Assembly: GCA_048625195.1 (NCBI GenBank) | Contig: JBMCRE010000006.1 | Coordinates: forward strand, 1-54,750 | Direction: 5' to 3' | Source: Nanobdellota archaeon | GTDB lineage: Archaea > Nanobdellota > Nanobdellia > Woesearchaeales > UBA583 | DNA: 54,750 bases | Shown here: one piece after another, positions 19,367 to 30,131 of the stretch | Layout of the letters: the number at the start of each line of letters is the position of its first letter | Numbering within the stretch: position 1 is the stretch's first letter | Program-made: the position numbers and the translations under genes | The notes under the pieces: model-generated | Told to the model about the DNA's origin: nothing | Seen by the model: the letters and a program-made list of their open reading frames with translations, nothing else | Databases searched by the model: none

Positions 19367-20233
19367 ATGGATATAAAAAAACATTTTGAAAAACATTGGA
19401 AAGATTATTTAATTGGACTTTTCGTAGTTATTATCTTATTTGGAGGATTTATTGCTTTATTAGGTAATCTTACAATAGGTAGTTTTGATAAGTCTTTAAA
19501 TATGGCTGAAAGTTATAAAGGAGGATACACACAAAGTAGTTCTAATTATAATAATAATAATGATGATGAATTTGCACCTGAAATTGAAGATAGAATTATT
19601 GTTAGGAATGCAAATGTAAATATGGAATCAAAAAATTATGATAGTTCAAAAAGTTCTATTGAAAACTCTGTTAATGTACATGATGTTGTTAAAATAACAG
19701 AAAATGAAAGAAAATATAAATCTGATTATAGAAGTATTAATTATAAATTTAAAGTTCCTGCTGATAAATTAGATTTATTTATATCTGAAATTGAAAAATA
19801 TGGTGAAGTTAGTAATATTAATATTTATATGTTAGATGTTACTGGAAATTATGCTGATTATACTAATAGATTAAATAGATATCAAAATCAAATGTCATCT
19901 TACGAGACTATGTTGAGTAAACCTAATTTAGAAATTGAAGATGAAATAAAAATTCAAGAAAGAATTGATAGTATAGAAAATAATATTTTTTATCTACAAA
20001 ATAGAATTGGAAATTTAAAAGAAGATGTTAGTTATAGTGATGTTACTTTAAATTTAGTTGAAAAACAAACTGCTTTATCTGAAATTGACTTTTTAGGTTT
20101 AAGAGAAGGATTTCAATTATTTATAAATTCAGTTCAAGGAGCTGTAATGACTATACTTGCAATTGTTGGATTTTTAATACCATTTGTAATTTGCTTTGGA
20201 ATTTATAGAGGAATTAGAAGATTTTTTAATTAA
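19367..20233 (+). CDS. DUF4349 domain membrane protein
   Basis: DRIIVRNANVNM, FKVPADKLDLFI, DVTGNYAD, coiled coil, VSYSDVTL, C-terminal TM. Confidence 0.85.
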   Translation: MDIKKHFEKHWKDYLIGLFVVIILFGGFIALLGNLTIGSFDKSLNMAESYKGGYTQSSSNYNNNNDDEFAPEIEDRIIVRNANVNMESKNYDSSKSSIENSVNVHDVVKITENERKYKSDYRSINYKFKVPADKLDLFISEIEKYGEVSNINIYMLDVTGNYADYTNRLNRYQNQMSSYETMLSKPNLEIEDEIKIQERIDSIENNIFYLQNRIGNLKEDVSYSDVTLNLVEKQTALSEIDFLGLREGFQLFINSVQGAVMTILAIVGFLIPFVICFGIYRGIRRFFN

Positions 20234-20382
20234 TATTTTTTTATTTTTTAATATGTATTATCTCTGAGCAAATATTTTACAGCATATAATATTATAATTA
20301 GAGTAAATATTTTTGTGTTTATAATTGTTACAATATAACATATTTAATTAATTATTATTATTAATTATATTTTTATTAAAAA

Positions 20383-22911
20383 TTATCTAATATTAACAGA
20401 TGGTTCTGGATAAACATATTGTCTCATTTGAGAATATCCTAACATATTAGTTTCATCACCATCACTATCTTCTTCATAATATCCCCAAACTGGTTTATCA
20501 CATTCTATTTTAAATCCATTAGTTAAATAATTATTACTATTTCCTGTTCCAAAATCATATTTATAAACACCATTTGTACCAACTCCATTTTCTATTGTTT
20601 CAAATATATTTCCACTATTATCATAAGTAGAACAATTTGCATTTTCATAAGGAGATACTAATGTGATATATTCTGTAGATAAAGCCGAACCAAATTTAGT
20701 ACTCATTTCATATTCTGGAACAAATACAGTACTTTCAGTTCCATCAAGGTCTGCTTGTTGAATTATTCCAATCAAATCATTTGTGGTAATTTTATGACCT
20801 GGAGCAGTTCCATGTCCACTTCCTATAGTTCCTGTTCCATAAGCACCATAAGAAAACGAACTTGTAGAACCATCACTTAAAATAATTGAACCGCTTGCCC
20901 CTGTTGGACCTGATGCAATATATCCATTATTAGATGGAATTCCATATAAATCATCTTTAGTTGCAGGATAAAAAGCAAATGCATCATTACTACCACTACC
21001 TTCATAATGTACAAGAATTGGTATATCTGAATGAATTGCCAAAGCATTATTAGTTGCAATATCATTATTAACACAAAATCCACTATTATCTACATCACCA
21101 GACCACTCTAAAACTCCATCATCTAAAATTTTTACACTTGCACTACCAAAAGGGCTTAACATACAAAATCTATCTGTATTATCTCTAAAACCTCTATAAT
21201 AAAAACTTGTACTTGCCCAAGAAATAGGAACTATCATATCATCTGCATTACCATTCCCTTCAATTTGTGTTAAATGTTTTAATTTAATTGAATCGTTTTG
21301 TTCAATATTTGCAGTTGATAAAGTTGAGGTTTGTTGTTCATTTAAATTAAATTCATTAGTTCCAATTTTAATTGTATTATTATTTTCTAAAGAATAAATA
21401 CTCAAACCGGTTGTTGAGCTTATTCTATCACTTACAACATAACCTATTGTTTGTGGAGAATTATAACTAAAAGTAGATATTATATTTGATTTTGTTAATA
21501 TCTCTTTTGATGTTTCAATATTATTATAATATAAATGAATTGATAAATTAGAATTTGCTAAAATTGTTGGTATTTTTGAAAATATTTTTGCATTATTAGT
21601 TTTTTTATCAAATTTTGAGATATAAAAATCTAATTCTCTAAATCTTAAATTATTATGATATAAATCTTTAATCTCATTTTCATTTAAATCTAATGCAAAT
21701 ATTTTAACTTCATCAATTAAACCATTATAAAGTGCATAATTACCTCCACTCCCTATGTAATTACTGTTAGAATATGTGTTAATTCCTCCTTCAATTGATT
21801 TATTTGCTGTTAATATAGAATTTACATATATTTTCATTTCTGTTCCATCATAAGTTGATACTATATGATTCCATTTTTCATCTATTTGAATATCTGAATA
21901 TAAACTTTGAGATGTTCCATCAATATTCAATTTAAATAAAATTTTATTATCGTTTATTCCACCATCGTTTACTATTTGTAGAGAATTTTCATCTGCTCCA
22001 TTTGTAATAATATTTTGTTGTACTCCTCCTGAATTATTCCATTTTATCCATGCTGAATATGTTATTGAGTTAGTTTGTTCTAAAACATTATTTGAAGATA
22101 TATTAATAAATTGTGAACCATTGAATTTTAATCCATCAAAAATAACACCTTTTGTTTTAGTTGGATCATCATTTGAAATTAAATTATTTTTTCCTAAATA
22201 AGCATCTAAATTATGATTTGAATAATCTTTTAATTCTTGATTGTAATTGTCAAAATTTAAATCTAAAATTAATAATTCTTTTAGAGGAATTAATATTCTT
22301 AATTCATTTTCATTTGCTAAACTAAAATCAAAATTTGTAGAATTTAAATTTGTTTCAATTTGATATTGGGGTAAATTTTTATTTAAATTATTTTTAATAT
22401 CTATTATTTTTCTTGATTGCCAATTTGTATCCCACCAATCAATTTTAGAAAAATCTATATATGTTTTTTTATCAATTCCATCACAAGAAATAGTTTTTAA
22501 ATTACCATTTTTATAATCAAATGTTTTTAAAAATAATAAACCAATATCATTTTCATCAATTACTGAATAAGTAGATGGGATATAACCTTTTGGAGTAATT
22601 AAAAAATCTTCTTGATTTACATATGTTGTATCATAATAAAAATCAAAGCAATTTTTATCATTTTCTAAAATTTTTATCTCATTTTCTCCAGTATTTTCAA
22701 AATATAAGTTCATTCTACCTGAAAAAATAAATGGTTGATAGGTTTCATAACCATAATTTACAGAATTAAGATAATTGCTTTTTTCAACACTGTCTATTAA
22801 TTTAGATTGTTCTATTATTCCTTGTTGATATGTGTAAAATGTTCCTAAAAAAACTCCTATAATTATAAAGAATGATAACATAAATCCAACGATTGTGCTA
22901 AACCCACTCAT
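20383..22911 (-). CDS. flaF: ArlF/FlaF-like protein fused to DUF2341, LamG and further beta-rich adhesin-like domains
   Basis: MSGFSTIVG..TM and FENTGE ArlF-like N-terminus directly after arlG; WWDTNWQSRK and IFSKIPTI..IHLYYNN (DUF2341); TYSAWIK, WNHIVSTYDG, YNGLIDEVKIF (LamG). Confidence 0.7.
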   Translation of the reverse strand: MSGFSTIVGFMLSFFIIIGVFLGTFYTYQQGIIEQSKLIDSVEKSNYLNSVNYGYETYQPFIFSGRMNLYFENTGENEIKILENDKNCFDFYYDTTYVNQEDFLITPKGYIPSTYSVIDENDIGLLFLKTFDYKNGNLKTISCDGIDKKTYIDFSKIDWWDTNWQSRKIIDIKNNLNKNLPQYQIETNLNSTNFDFSLANENELRILIPLKELLILDLNFDNYNQELKDYSNHNLDAYLGKNNLISNDDPTKTKGVIFDGLKFNGSQFINISSNNVLEQTNSITYSAWIKWNNSGGVQQNIITNGADENSLQIVNDGGINDNKILFKLNIDGTSQSLYSDIQIDEKWNHIVSTYDGTEMKIYVNSILTANKSIEGGINTYSNSNYIGSGGNYALYNGLIDEVKIFALDLNENEIKDLYHNNLRFRELDFYISKFDKKTNNAKIFSKIPTILANSNLSIHLYYNNIETSKEILTKSNIISTFSYNSPQTIGYVVSDRISSTTGLSIYSLENNNTIKIGTNEFNLNEQQTSTLSTANIEQNDSIKLKHLTQIEGNGNADDMIVPISWASTSFYYRGFRDNTDRFCMLSPFGSASVKILDDGVLEWSGDVDNSGFCVNNDIATNNALAIHSDIPILVHYEGSGSNDAFAFYPATKDDLYGIPSNNGYIASGPTGASGSIILSDGSTSSFSYGAYGTGTIGSGHGTAPGHKITTNDLIGIIQQADLDGTESTVFVPEYEMSTKFGSALSTEYITLVSPYENANCSTYDNSGNIFETIENGVGTNGVYKYDFGTGNSNNYLTNGFKIECDKPVWGYYEEDSDGDETNMLGYSQMRQYVYPEPSVNIR

Positions 22912-22990
22912 CTTTTTTTAAAACCTCTTATGTTTTCATTTTTCATTTTTTTATTTAATTTTATATAACTTAATATAAGATTTAATATGA

Positions 22991-23455
22991 TTATATATTA
23001 AATGAATCTGATTGACTACTACCATATTGAGTTGCAATTTTAACTTTATGTGTTCCTGGATTTAAATTTATATTTTGAATAATAACCATAGTATCTTGTG
23101 GTTGAAATAATGTTAAATTTTTTGTTAAATTATTTGCATAAACTATAGAAAAATCATCTTGAAAAGCTTCATTTATAAATAAATCAAATAGTTTGCTACT
23201 TAATTTTGTTTCTCCTATATTTTTTACATATACATGTAAATCCTGAGAACTATCATTATAATGTATATTTGTAATTGCAAGACTTGTTTTTATTTTATTA
23301 GAAGATAATTCATTTTTTTTACTAAATGATTGCTGTGTATCATTTACATAGTTCATAAATAAAATGACTAAACTTGTAGTTACAATTAATACTGCAATGA
23401 ACATAATCAATGTACTTACTGCTCCTCCAAATGCTTTTTTGTTTTTTAATCTCAT
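22991..23455 (-). CDS. flaG: archaellum accessory protein ArlG/FlaG
   Basis: AVSTLIMFIAVLIV N-terminal helix, YVKNIG, PGTHKVKIATQYG. Confidence 0.85.
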   Translation of the reverse strand: MRLKNKKAFGGAVSTLIMFIAVLIVTTSLVILFMNYVNDTQQSFSKKNELSSNKIKTSLAITNIHYNDSSQDLHVYVKNIGETKLSSKLFDLFINEAFQDDFSIVYANNLTKNLTLFQPQDTMVIIQNINLNPGTHKVKIATQYGSSQSDSFNI

Positions 23456-23595
23456 TTTATTTTAGGTTTAATTGTAACTAATTTATATTGTTTTATTAAT
23501 GTATTTAAATGATGTAATTTATTTGTTATTATTGTATTATTATATAATAGTATTAATATAAATTAAAAATTATTAATCTTATAATTATCTTCTAA

Positions 23596-24666
23596 TTATT
23601 CATTGTTAATAATTTGCAATACTGCTTTTGTTAGTTTTTCATCTAAATTTTTTTCGTTTAATTTACTAATAAAATATAATGATACTATGTGGTCTTTTAC
23701 ATTTAAAGACTTTGATTTTTTTTCTGTATCAATGTCATCCATTCCCTTTAAAAATTTGTCTAATTCAAAAAAAACTTCAGGAGTAATCCATTTTAATGTT
23801 TCTGTATAATACCTTAGAATATTTTTGCTCTCTTCTACTCCTATTCTTTTTACTAAATATTCTAACCAACTTAATATAATCACTAAAGAATTTGTATTTG
23901 TTTTCAGACTAGTTAAAGGTACTGCATCTGATGCTGCCTCTTCGATATTTAAAGTGTCTAACTCTAGAAGCGAATGTTTTAAATCATCTTTTGAACTTCT
24001 ATTTTGTGATGAATTTGTATAATTTGAAATATCCAACTTTTGAATACTCTCATTTTCTGATTCTTGATTATTTTGTTCATCTTGATTAGTACCATCATTA
24101 TTTAAAACTATTTTTTTTGGTTCTGGTGATGCATCTTGATCGATAAAAGGATTATATTGATTGTTTACTAATTCATATAAAGATAAAAATTTGCTCATAT
24201 TATTATTAATATCTTTTAATTGTTCATCTGATGTTGTAGTTTTAGTTTCCAAGTCTGAAACTCTATGCTCCATTGAACTGACTGTTCCTTGTAAATCTTT
24301 AATTTCTGTATTTAAATTTACTATATTATCATTTGTTTCTTTTAATTCTGATCTTATTTTGTTTAAGACTTCTGATAAAGACTTTTTTGTACCACTGTTT
24401 TGATTATTATTTACTGATGAATTATTTTGTGGTTGGTTGGAGTTTTGTGAATTAGAATCTTGAAAATTAAGATTACCTTGGGGAATTGTCGTTGCATTCC
24501 CTTGATTATTTGTATTATTTACATTCTCATTTTGATTGTTTTCAACTTGATTTTGTTGCACATTACTTGATTGAGCATTATCATAAGATGCTCCTGTCTG
24601 CTTATTTTTAGGGGGTTGTGTTTTTTTTTTGCCCCCTAATAAAAAGTCAATTAAACCTAATACCAT
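23596..24666 (-). CDS. archaellum accessory protein ArlC/D/E fusion
   Basis: Coiled coil + LSLYELVNNQYNPF (ArlC) and WLEYLVKRIG..LRYY..LKWI..DHIVSLYFI (ArlD/E). Confidence 0.85.
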   Translation of the reverse strand: MVLGLIDFLLGGKKKTQPPKNKQTGASYDNAQSSNVQQNQVENNQNENVNNTNNQGNATTIPQGNLNFQDSNSQNSNQPQNNSSVNNNQNSGTKKSLSEVLNKIRSELKETNDNIVNLNTEIKDLQGTVSSMEHRVSDLETKTTTSDEQLKDINNNMSKFLSLYELVNNQYNPFIDQDASPEPKKIVLNNDGTNQDEQNNQESENESIQKLDISNYTNSSQNRSSKDDLKHSLLELDTLNIEEAASDAVPLTSLKTNTNSLVIILSWLEYLVKRIGVEESKNILRYYTETLKWITPEVFFELDKFLKGMDDIDTEKKSKSLNVKDHIVSLYFISKLNEKNLDEKLTKAVLQIINNE

Positions 24667-24818
24667 TTTATATTTTAATTATTCAACCAAAAGTTTATAT
24701 TTATTTGTAACTATTTTTTAAGGGCTATGAATTATCATTGTCTATGTATGAAAAAATAGAAAATCTCTAAATAATAGTAACAAATTTTTAAAAGACCTAT
24801 TCTCAAATTAAAATATAG

Positions 24819-27800
24819 ATGAGTAGAATTAAAAGATTAAAGATGAAAGGGTTTAAATCTTTTGCAAATCCAACTGTATTAAATTTTGAAAATGGTTTTA
24901 ATACTATTGTTGGTGCAAATGGATCTGGAAAATCTAATGTATTTGATGCTATGTGTTTTGTTTTAGGTAGAATGTCTTCAAAGGGATTAAGAGCAGATAA
25001 ACTTGGAAACTTAGTTTTTAATGGAGGAAAAACTACTAAGCCTTCAAAAGAAGCAGAAGTTGCAATTTACTTGTCTAATGATGAAAGAGAGTTGTTAAAT
25101 GTTGAATTAGATGAGATAAAAATCTCAAGAGTTGTTAGCAAAAAAGGTAATTCTAATTATTATTTAAATAATAATAAAGCAACAAGAACACAAATTGTAG
25201 AAATATTAAAAAGAGCATATATTGATCCTGATGGATATAATATTATTCTTCAAGGTGACATTATGAGAATTGTTAATATGACAACTATTCAAAGAAGAGA
25301 ATTAATTGAAGAAATTGCAAATATTTCTAATTATGAAGAAAAAAGACAAAAATCACTTCAAAAATTAGAGAAAGTCGAGACAAGCTTAAAAGAAGCAGAT
25401 TTATTACTTGAAGAAAAAACTAAGTATATTAAAGATTTAAAATCAGAAAAGGATGCAGCAGAGAGATTTCATAGTGTAAAAGATGATTTAAGATATAATA
25501 ATTTATTACTTGTAAAAGCTAAATTAGTTAGAAATGCTAATTTAAAAAAAATTAAACAAGAAAAAATTGAAAGTGAAAATGAACAATTAAAAATTTACAA
25601 GGATAAATTAGAAAAATTTGAAGAAGAAGAAAAAGAAATTGACAAATCTATTAATGAACTTGAAAAATCTATCGAAATAAAATCACACAATGATTTTATA
25701 AGTGTTACAAATAAAATTACTGCTATAGAATCTCAAATTCAAAATTTAAAAGAAAAAAAAGCAGAATATACAAAACAAAAATCAGAAATCTCAACAAAAA
25801 CCCAAGGAATTAAAGAAAATATCAAAACTAATAATGAAAAAATTAAAAATATAGATTTAGAAAATAAAAAAATTGAAAATAATAAAAAAGAAATCGAAAA
25901 ACAATTATTAGAAGTTGAATCTAAATTGAATATTAAAAAAAAAAAAATTTCTTCAACTAGTTTTGATAAAATTGATTTAATTGACAAAAAAATAGATGAG
26001 TTAAATGAAAAAAAATATAATAAAAATCAAATAAAACAAGATAATTTTGTTCAGATTGAAAAGTTGAATACCAAAATTGAACATCTAGAAGAAGATTTAA
26101 AAGAGATTGAACAAAATAGTGCTCAAAATAAAGATCAAGTTAAAGAATTAGATAATAATAGAAAAAAATTAAAAAAGTTAATTACTAAAATTTCTCAGCT
26201 AACATCTAATAATTCTCAAATAAATGCAAATCTTGCATCATTAAATCATGAATTTTCGTCTTTAGTAGAAGAGCATTCTAAATTAAAGATGAAATCTCAA
26301 AGTTCTAAAGATCTAATGGCTACTAACAAAGCAGTTGATTCTATTTTAAAATTACAAAACAAAGATCCTAATATTCATGGTTCAATATCTCAGTTAGCAT
26401 CAGTTACTCCTAAATATTCTATGGCATTAGAAACAATTGCTGGTAAATCTTTATTTAATATAGTTGTTGAAAATGATAATACTGCTGTTAAATATATTAA
26501 TTATTTAAAATCTAATAAAATAGGTAATTGTACTTTTTTGCCATTAAATAAAATAAATGCGAAATTCCAATTAGATGATAGTGTATTAAATAAAAAAGGT
26601 GTTATAGATTATGCATTAAATTTAGTAAAGTATGATAAAAAATATGAAAACGTTTTTCATCTTATTTTCCAAAACACTTTAGTTATTGAAAATATTGAAT
26701 ACGCAAAAGGAGTTGGTATTGGTAGTTATAAAATGGTAACTCTTGAGGGAGATTTAGTTTTGAAATCTGGTGCAATGAGTGGTGGCTTTAAAGCTAGAAG
26801 AAATAGTTTAGGAGCTTTTAAAGATGATAAAACCGATGAGAGATTGAATCATGTTGAAAATAAAATAAATACTTTAAAAAATACTTTAGATCATTTAAGA
26901 GATGAAAAAGAGAGTAGTGAGGAAGAGTTGTATAATACCAGACAAGAAAAAGCTGAATTAGAAGGAGATATTTCTAAGTTAGAAAAATTGTTATCTATCG
27001 AAGGAAAAGATACTTCTAGTATTAAAAAAGATATTGAAATTATTTTAGGTGATAAATCAATTATTAATAATAGTTTGAAAAAAATTGATAGTCAAATAAA
27101 AGAATTAGATAAAGAAATTGAAAAATTACAAATTCAAAAAACTAAATTAAAAGGAGATTCATCTGGAGATAAACAATTTAATGAAATTTCTCAATTAGAA
27201 GAAAAAAGAGATAAACTTAAAGAAAATTTAAGAAAAGTTAATTCAATTACTGATGGTAATAATATTCAGATTAAAAATGTTTTAAAACCTGAAATTCTTA
27301 ATTTAGAAAAAATTCAAAAAGACTCATTAAGTTCTAAAGACAAATTGAATGAACAAATAAATAATTTAACTAAACAAATTAAAGAGTTAGAATATGAATT
27401 AAAAATTAATAAATCTAAAGAAAAAGAGTTATCAAAAGATTATAAAGAGTTTATTTCTCAAAGAGATAAATTAAAAGAAAATAAGAAAAAAATTGAAGAA
27501 AAGTACGAAAAAGAATATGAGAAATTTGATAAGATAAAAGAGAAGATTGCTCAATTGAATTATGCAATTTCTGAATATAATACTTTAAATAATAATTTGA
27601 ATGAAGAATTAGAATTATTATATGAAAATTTAAAAGTAGAATTTGTCGAGAGTGGTGGAGATGATAATGAAGGTGAAGATAAATATGATGAGAAAAAAAT
27701 TGTAGAGTTATTAGAAAAAGTCGATAAAGCATTAGAAAATAAAAATATTGATATTAAAGAACTTCAAAATAAAGTGAATAATTTGAAAACTAAATTAAAT

Positions 27801-28433
27801 AGTTTTGGAGCAATTAATATGAAAGCTGTTAAAATTTATGATAAACTTAATGAAGAGTTTAATTTGCTTTTAGATAAAAGAAAGGAATTAACTAGTGAGA
27901 GAATTGAAATATTGAAATTAGTTGATGAGATGGATATTAAAAAAAAAGAGAAGTTTATGACAACTTTTAATCAATTAAAGGAAAATTTCCAGAGAATTTT
28001 TGCAAAGTTATCAACAAAAGGTAAAGCTGAATTACATTTAGAAGATGAAAAAGATTTATTTAATAATGGTGTAGAAATTAAGGTTAGGATGACACAAAAA
28101 AATTATTTAGATATAAAATCATTGTCTGGAGGAGAAAAAACTATAACTGCTATTGCTTTTATTTTTGCAGTTCAAGAATTTAATCCTGCATCTTTTTATA
28201 TTTTTGATGAAGTAGATGCTGCACTTGATATTTTAAATGCTGAAAAATTAGGAAAATTAATTAATAATTATTCAAGAAATGCTCAATATATTGTAGTTTC
28301 ACATAATGAATATTTAATTCAATCTTCTGATGTTATTTATGGAGTTACTATGAATGATTATAAAATCTCAGATGTGGTAAGTTTGGATTTAAGAGATATG
28401 AAAGATTATATTGATAGTGATGAGAGTACTTAG
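24819..28433 (+). CDS. smc: chromosome segregation protein SMC
   Basis: GFKSF, GANGSGKSN Walker A, hinge (TFLPLNKI, GAMSGG), LSGGEK, DEVDAALD. Confidence 0.97.
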   Translation: MSRIKRLKMKGFKSFANPTVLNFENGFNTIVGANGSGKSNVFDAMCFVLGRMSSKGLRADKLGNLVFNGGKTTKPSKEAEVAIYLSNDERELLNVELDEIKISRVVSKKGNSNYYLNNNKATRTQIVEILKRAYIDPDGYNIILQGDIMRIVNMTTIQRRELIEEIANISNYEEKRQKSLQKLEKVETSLKEADLLLEEKTKYIKDLKSEKDAAERFHSVKDDLRYNNLLLVKAKLVRNANLKKIKQEKIESENEQLKIYKDKLEKFEEEEKEIDKSINELEKSIEIKSHNDFISVTNKITAIESQIQNLKEKKAEYTKQKSEISTKTQGIKENIKTNNEKIKNIDLENKKIENNKKEIEKQLLEVESKLNIKKKKISSTSFDKIDLIDKKIDELNEKKYNKNQIKQDNFVQIEKLNTKIEHLEEDLKEIEQNSAQNKDQVKELDNNRKKLKKLITKISQLTSNNSQINANLASLNHEFSSLVEEHSKLKMKSQSSKDLMATNKAVDSILKLQNKDPNIHGSISQLASVTPKYSMALETIAGKSLFNIVVENDNTAVKYINYLKSNKIGNCTFLPLNKINAKFQLDDSVLNKKGVIDYALNLVKYDKKYENVFHLIFQNTLVIENIEYAKGVGIGSYKMVTLEGDLVLKSGAMSGGFKARRNSLGAFKDDKTDERLNHVENKINTLKNTLDHLRDEKESSEEELYNTRQEKAELEGDISKLEKLLSIEGKDTSSIKKDIEIILGDKSIINNSLKKIDSQIKELDKEIEKLQIQKTKLKGDSSGDKQFNEISQLEEKRDKLKENLRKVNSITDGNNIQIKNVLKPEILNLEKIQKDSLSSKDKLNEQINNLTKQIKELEYELKINKSKEKELSKDYKEFISQRDKLKENKKKIEEKYEKEYEKFDKIKEKIAQLNYAISEYNTLNNNLNEELELLYENLKVEFVESGGDDNEGEDKYDEKKIVELLEKVDKALENKNIDIKELQNKVNNLKTKLNSFGAINMKAVKIYDKLNEEFNLLLDKRKELTSERIEILKLVDEMDIKKKEKFMTTFNQLKENFQRIFAKLSTKGKAELHLEDEKDLFNNGVEIKVRMTQKNYLDIKSLSGGEKTITAIAFIFAVQEFNPASFYIFDEVDAALDILNAEKLGKLINNYSRNAQYIVVSHNEYLIQSSDVIYGVTMNDYKISDVVSLDLRDMKDYIDSDEST

Positions 28434-28499
28434 AATAGGAATTGAGTGGTTTATTAAAAAAAGATTATTAAAAATAATTTCATTAAATTTTATCTAAAA

Positions 28500-28796
28500 T
28501 CACAAATCACTAAACTTACCCATATTTAAAGCATCCAAACTAGAATCAACATTCCTTTTCGCCCTGGCCATCTCATAAAAATCATCCGTAAACGTCTTTG
28601 ATGCACTAGTTATACGCATAAACTTCTCTTTTCCGTTTTTAGTTAAAACTAATCTTTCATAAAACTTATTTGCATTATTAATCTGAGAATTAATAAAACG
28701 CTTATGTTCTTGTCTCCACAAGCCTTCTTTATCTTCTCTAATTTTATTAGCGTAAAAATCTATGAATTCTGCCCTCTCTTTTTTTATTCTCTCCAT
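28500..28796 (-). CDS. small hypothetical protein, likely partner of adjacent nucleotidyltransferase
   Basis: ATG 28796 preceded by GGAGG, immediately after upstream stop; ORF track extends to 28820. Confidence 0.65.
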   Translation of the reverse strand: MERIKKERAEFIDFYANKIREDKEGLWRQEHKRFINSQINNANKFYERLVLTKNGKEKFMRITSASKTFTDDFYEMARAKRNVDSSLDALNMGKFSDL

Positions 28797-28797
28797 A

Positions 28798-29358
28798 TTA
28801 ATCCTCCAACATTTTATCAATTAAAAATGAATACCTATCAATTTCTTTTTCATCAATCTCTTCTAAATAAACATTCCTTAAATGTCTTGCATCTTCTAAA
28901 TCTTTCTCACTCCCTAAATACTTTTCCTTAAAGACAATAGCACACTCAATTGGCGCAAAATAAATATCAAGGTCTGTTAAATTGATCTTCTTTCTTTTCT
29001 CCAAATTATCTTTATCAATAAGAGTTTTTGCAAATTTAAACTCCATATTTGGAATAATAGTTCCCTTATAAACATATCTAATATTTGAATCTTTCAAATA
29101 ATCATAAACATCCTCAACTAACAACTCATCTAAATGTAATAAACTAAACTTCTTAAGCAAATCCTTATGCAATTCTTCAAACTCTTTTAAACTCAAATGA
29201 GAAACAATTATATCGATATCTTCTGTACCACGACTTCTACCAGAACTAATTGCTAAAAATCCTGAAACAACAACATACTTACAATGTTTTTCGACAATTT
29301 CACAAAAATCATTTGTAAATTGACTCAAGATATCAATATTATCCACTTTCATAAACAT
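28798..29358 (-). CDS. nucleotidyltransferase-fold protein (AbiEii/DUF6036-like)
   Basis: VVVSGFLAISSGRSRGTEDIDII and K..LGSEKDLEDA motifs. Confidence 0.75.
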   Translation of the reverse strand: MFMKVDNIDILSQFTNDFCEIVEKHCKYVVVSGFLAISSGRSRGTEDIDIIVSHLSLKEFEELHKDLLKKFSLLHLDELLVEDVYDYLKDSNIRYVYKGTIIPNMEFKFAKTLIDKDNLEKRKKINLTDLDIYFAPIECAIVFKEKYLGSEKDLEDARHLRNVYLEEIDEKEIDRYSFLIDKMLED

Positions 29359-29482
29359 TTATGTAAATGAGTTTTTATAAATCTAAGCAAAAATTCGGCT
29401 GTGGGACAAAAGTCTTCAATTCAATTTTCTAAAATAATAACTATAGCCTTTTTACCTATATTCTTTTTTTGAGCATCAATTA

Positions 29483-29712
29483 TTACACCATTTTATCGGA
29501 AATTGTAAATATGTAATTTAATTTAACTATACTTTTTTTCATAGCACCATCCTTCTTACACAACACAACACCACTTATATTAATGTTACTTATAATTCCT
29601 GCTACAACTGAAATTCCAAATTCTTCAAACAACACTAAAGCAGGCCTAACTTTTACTTCATAAATATCAGTAAACTGAATTTTAATTAAAATAATATATC
29701 CTGAATATACAT
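29483..29712 (-). pseudogene. MazF/PemK-family toxin remnant
   Basis: Hand translation: SGYIILIKIQFTDIYEVKVRPALVLFEEFGISVVAGIISN...KSIVKLNYIFTISDKMV*; its ATG (29712) is out of frame and the C-terminal helix is truncated. Confidence 0.75.
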
Positions 29713-29716
29713 TATC

Positions 29717-29929
29717 CTAATACTCATCCTCTTCATTATCCCACAATTCACTCATATTATCCTGCTAAATCTTATGTAAAAATTCATCGTATTGATTTTT
29801 CTTCTTAACACCATTAAAAACTTTTATCATATCTTTTATTAATTCATTATAAGTCTGTCTTGGATACTCTTTTGATGCTTTTAAGGAATCAACTAAAGAC
29901 TTATCTAACTGGATAGTTGTATAACTCAT
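29717..29929 (-). pseudogene. RHH-type antitoxin remnant with internal stop
   Basis: MSYTTIQLDKSLVDSLKASKEYPRQTYNELIKDMI...HKI*QDNMSELWDNEEDEY*; GGTGA SD upstream; TAG at 29765. Confidence 0.7.
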
Positions 29930-30131
29930 TATATATCACCTATGATTAATATCTAAATCATTATGTATAAAAATTATGATTTAGATATTGCAAAAAAAAG
30001 CATTATATTTATATTTTATACAACACAAAACACAAAGAAAGGTCTAATTTTTAGTATTTTCAATATTTCATTTCTTTTATTTTATTTTTTTAATAACTAA
30101 TTTTATAAAATATAGTCTATTATAATTAAGT

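Noticed and set aside
19187-19396. 69-aa ORF
   Set aside because: Overlaps the divergent promoter region and DUF4349 start; its repeated peptide merely reflects the 21-bp DNA repeat
29483-29929. TAG recoding or readthrough producing an antitoxin-toxin fusion
   Set aside because: smc ends at TAG, conserved genes have no internal TAG, and the region has other lesions; pseudogenisation is simpler
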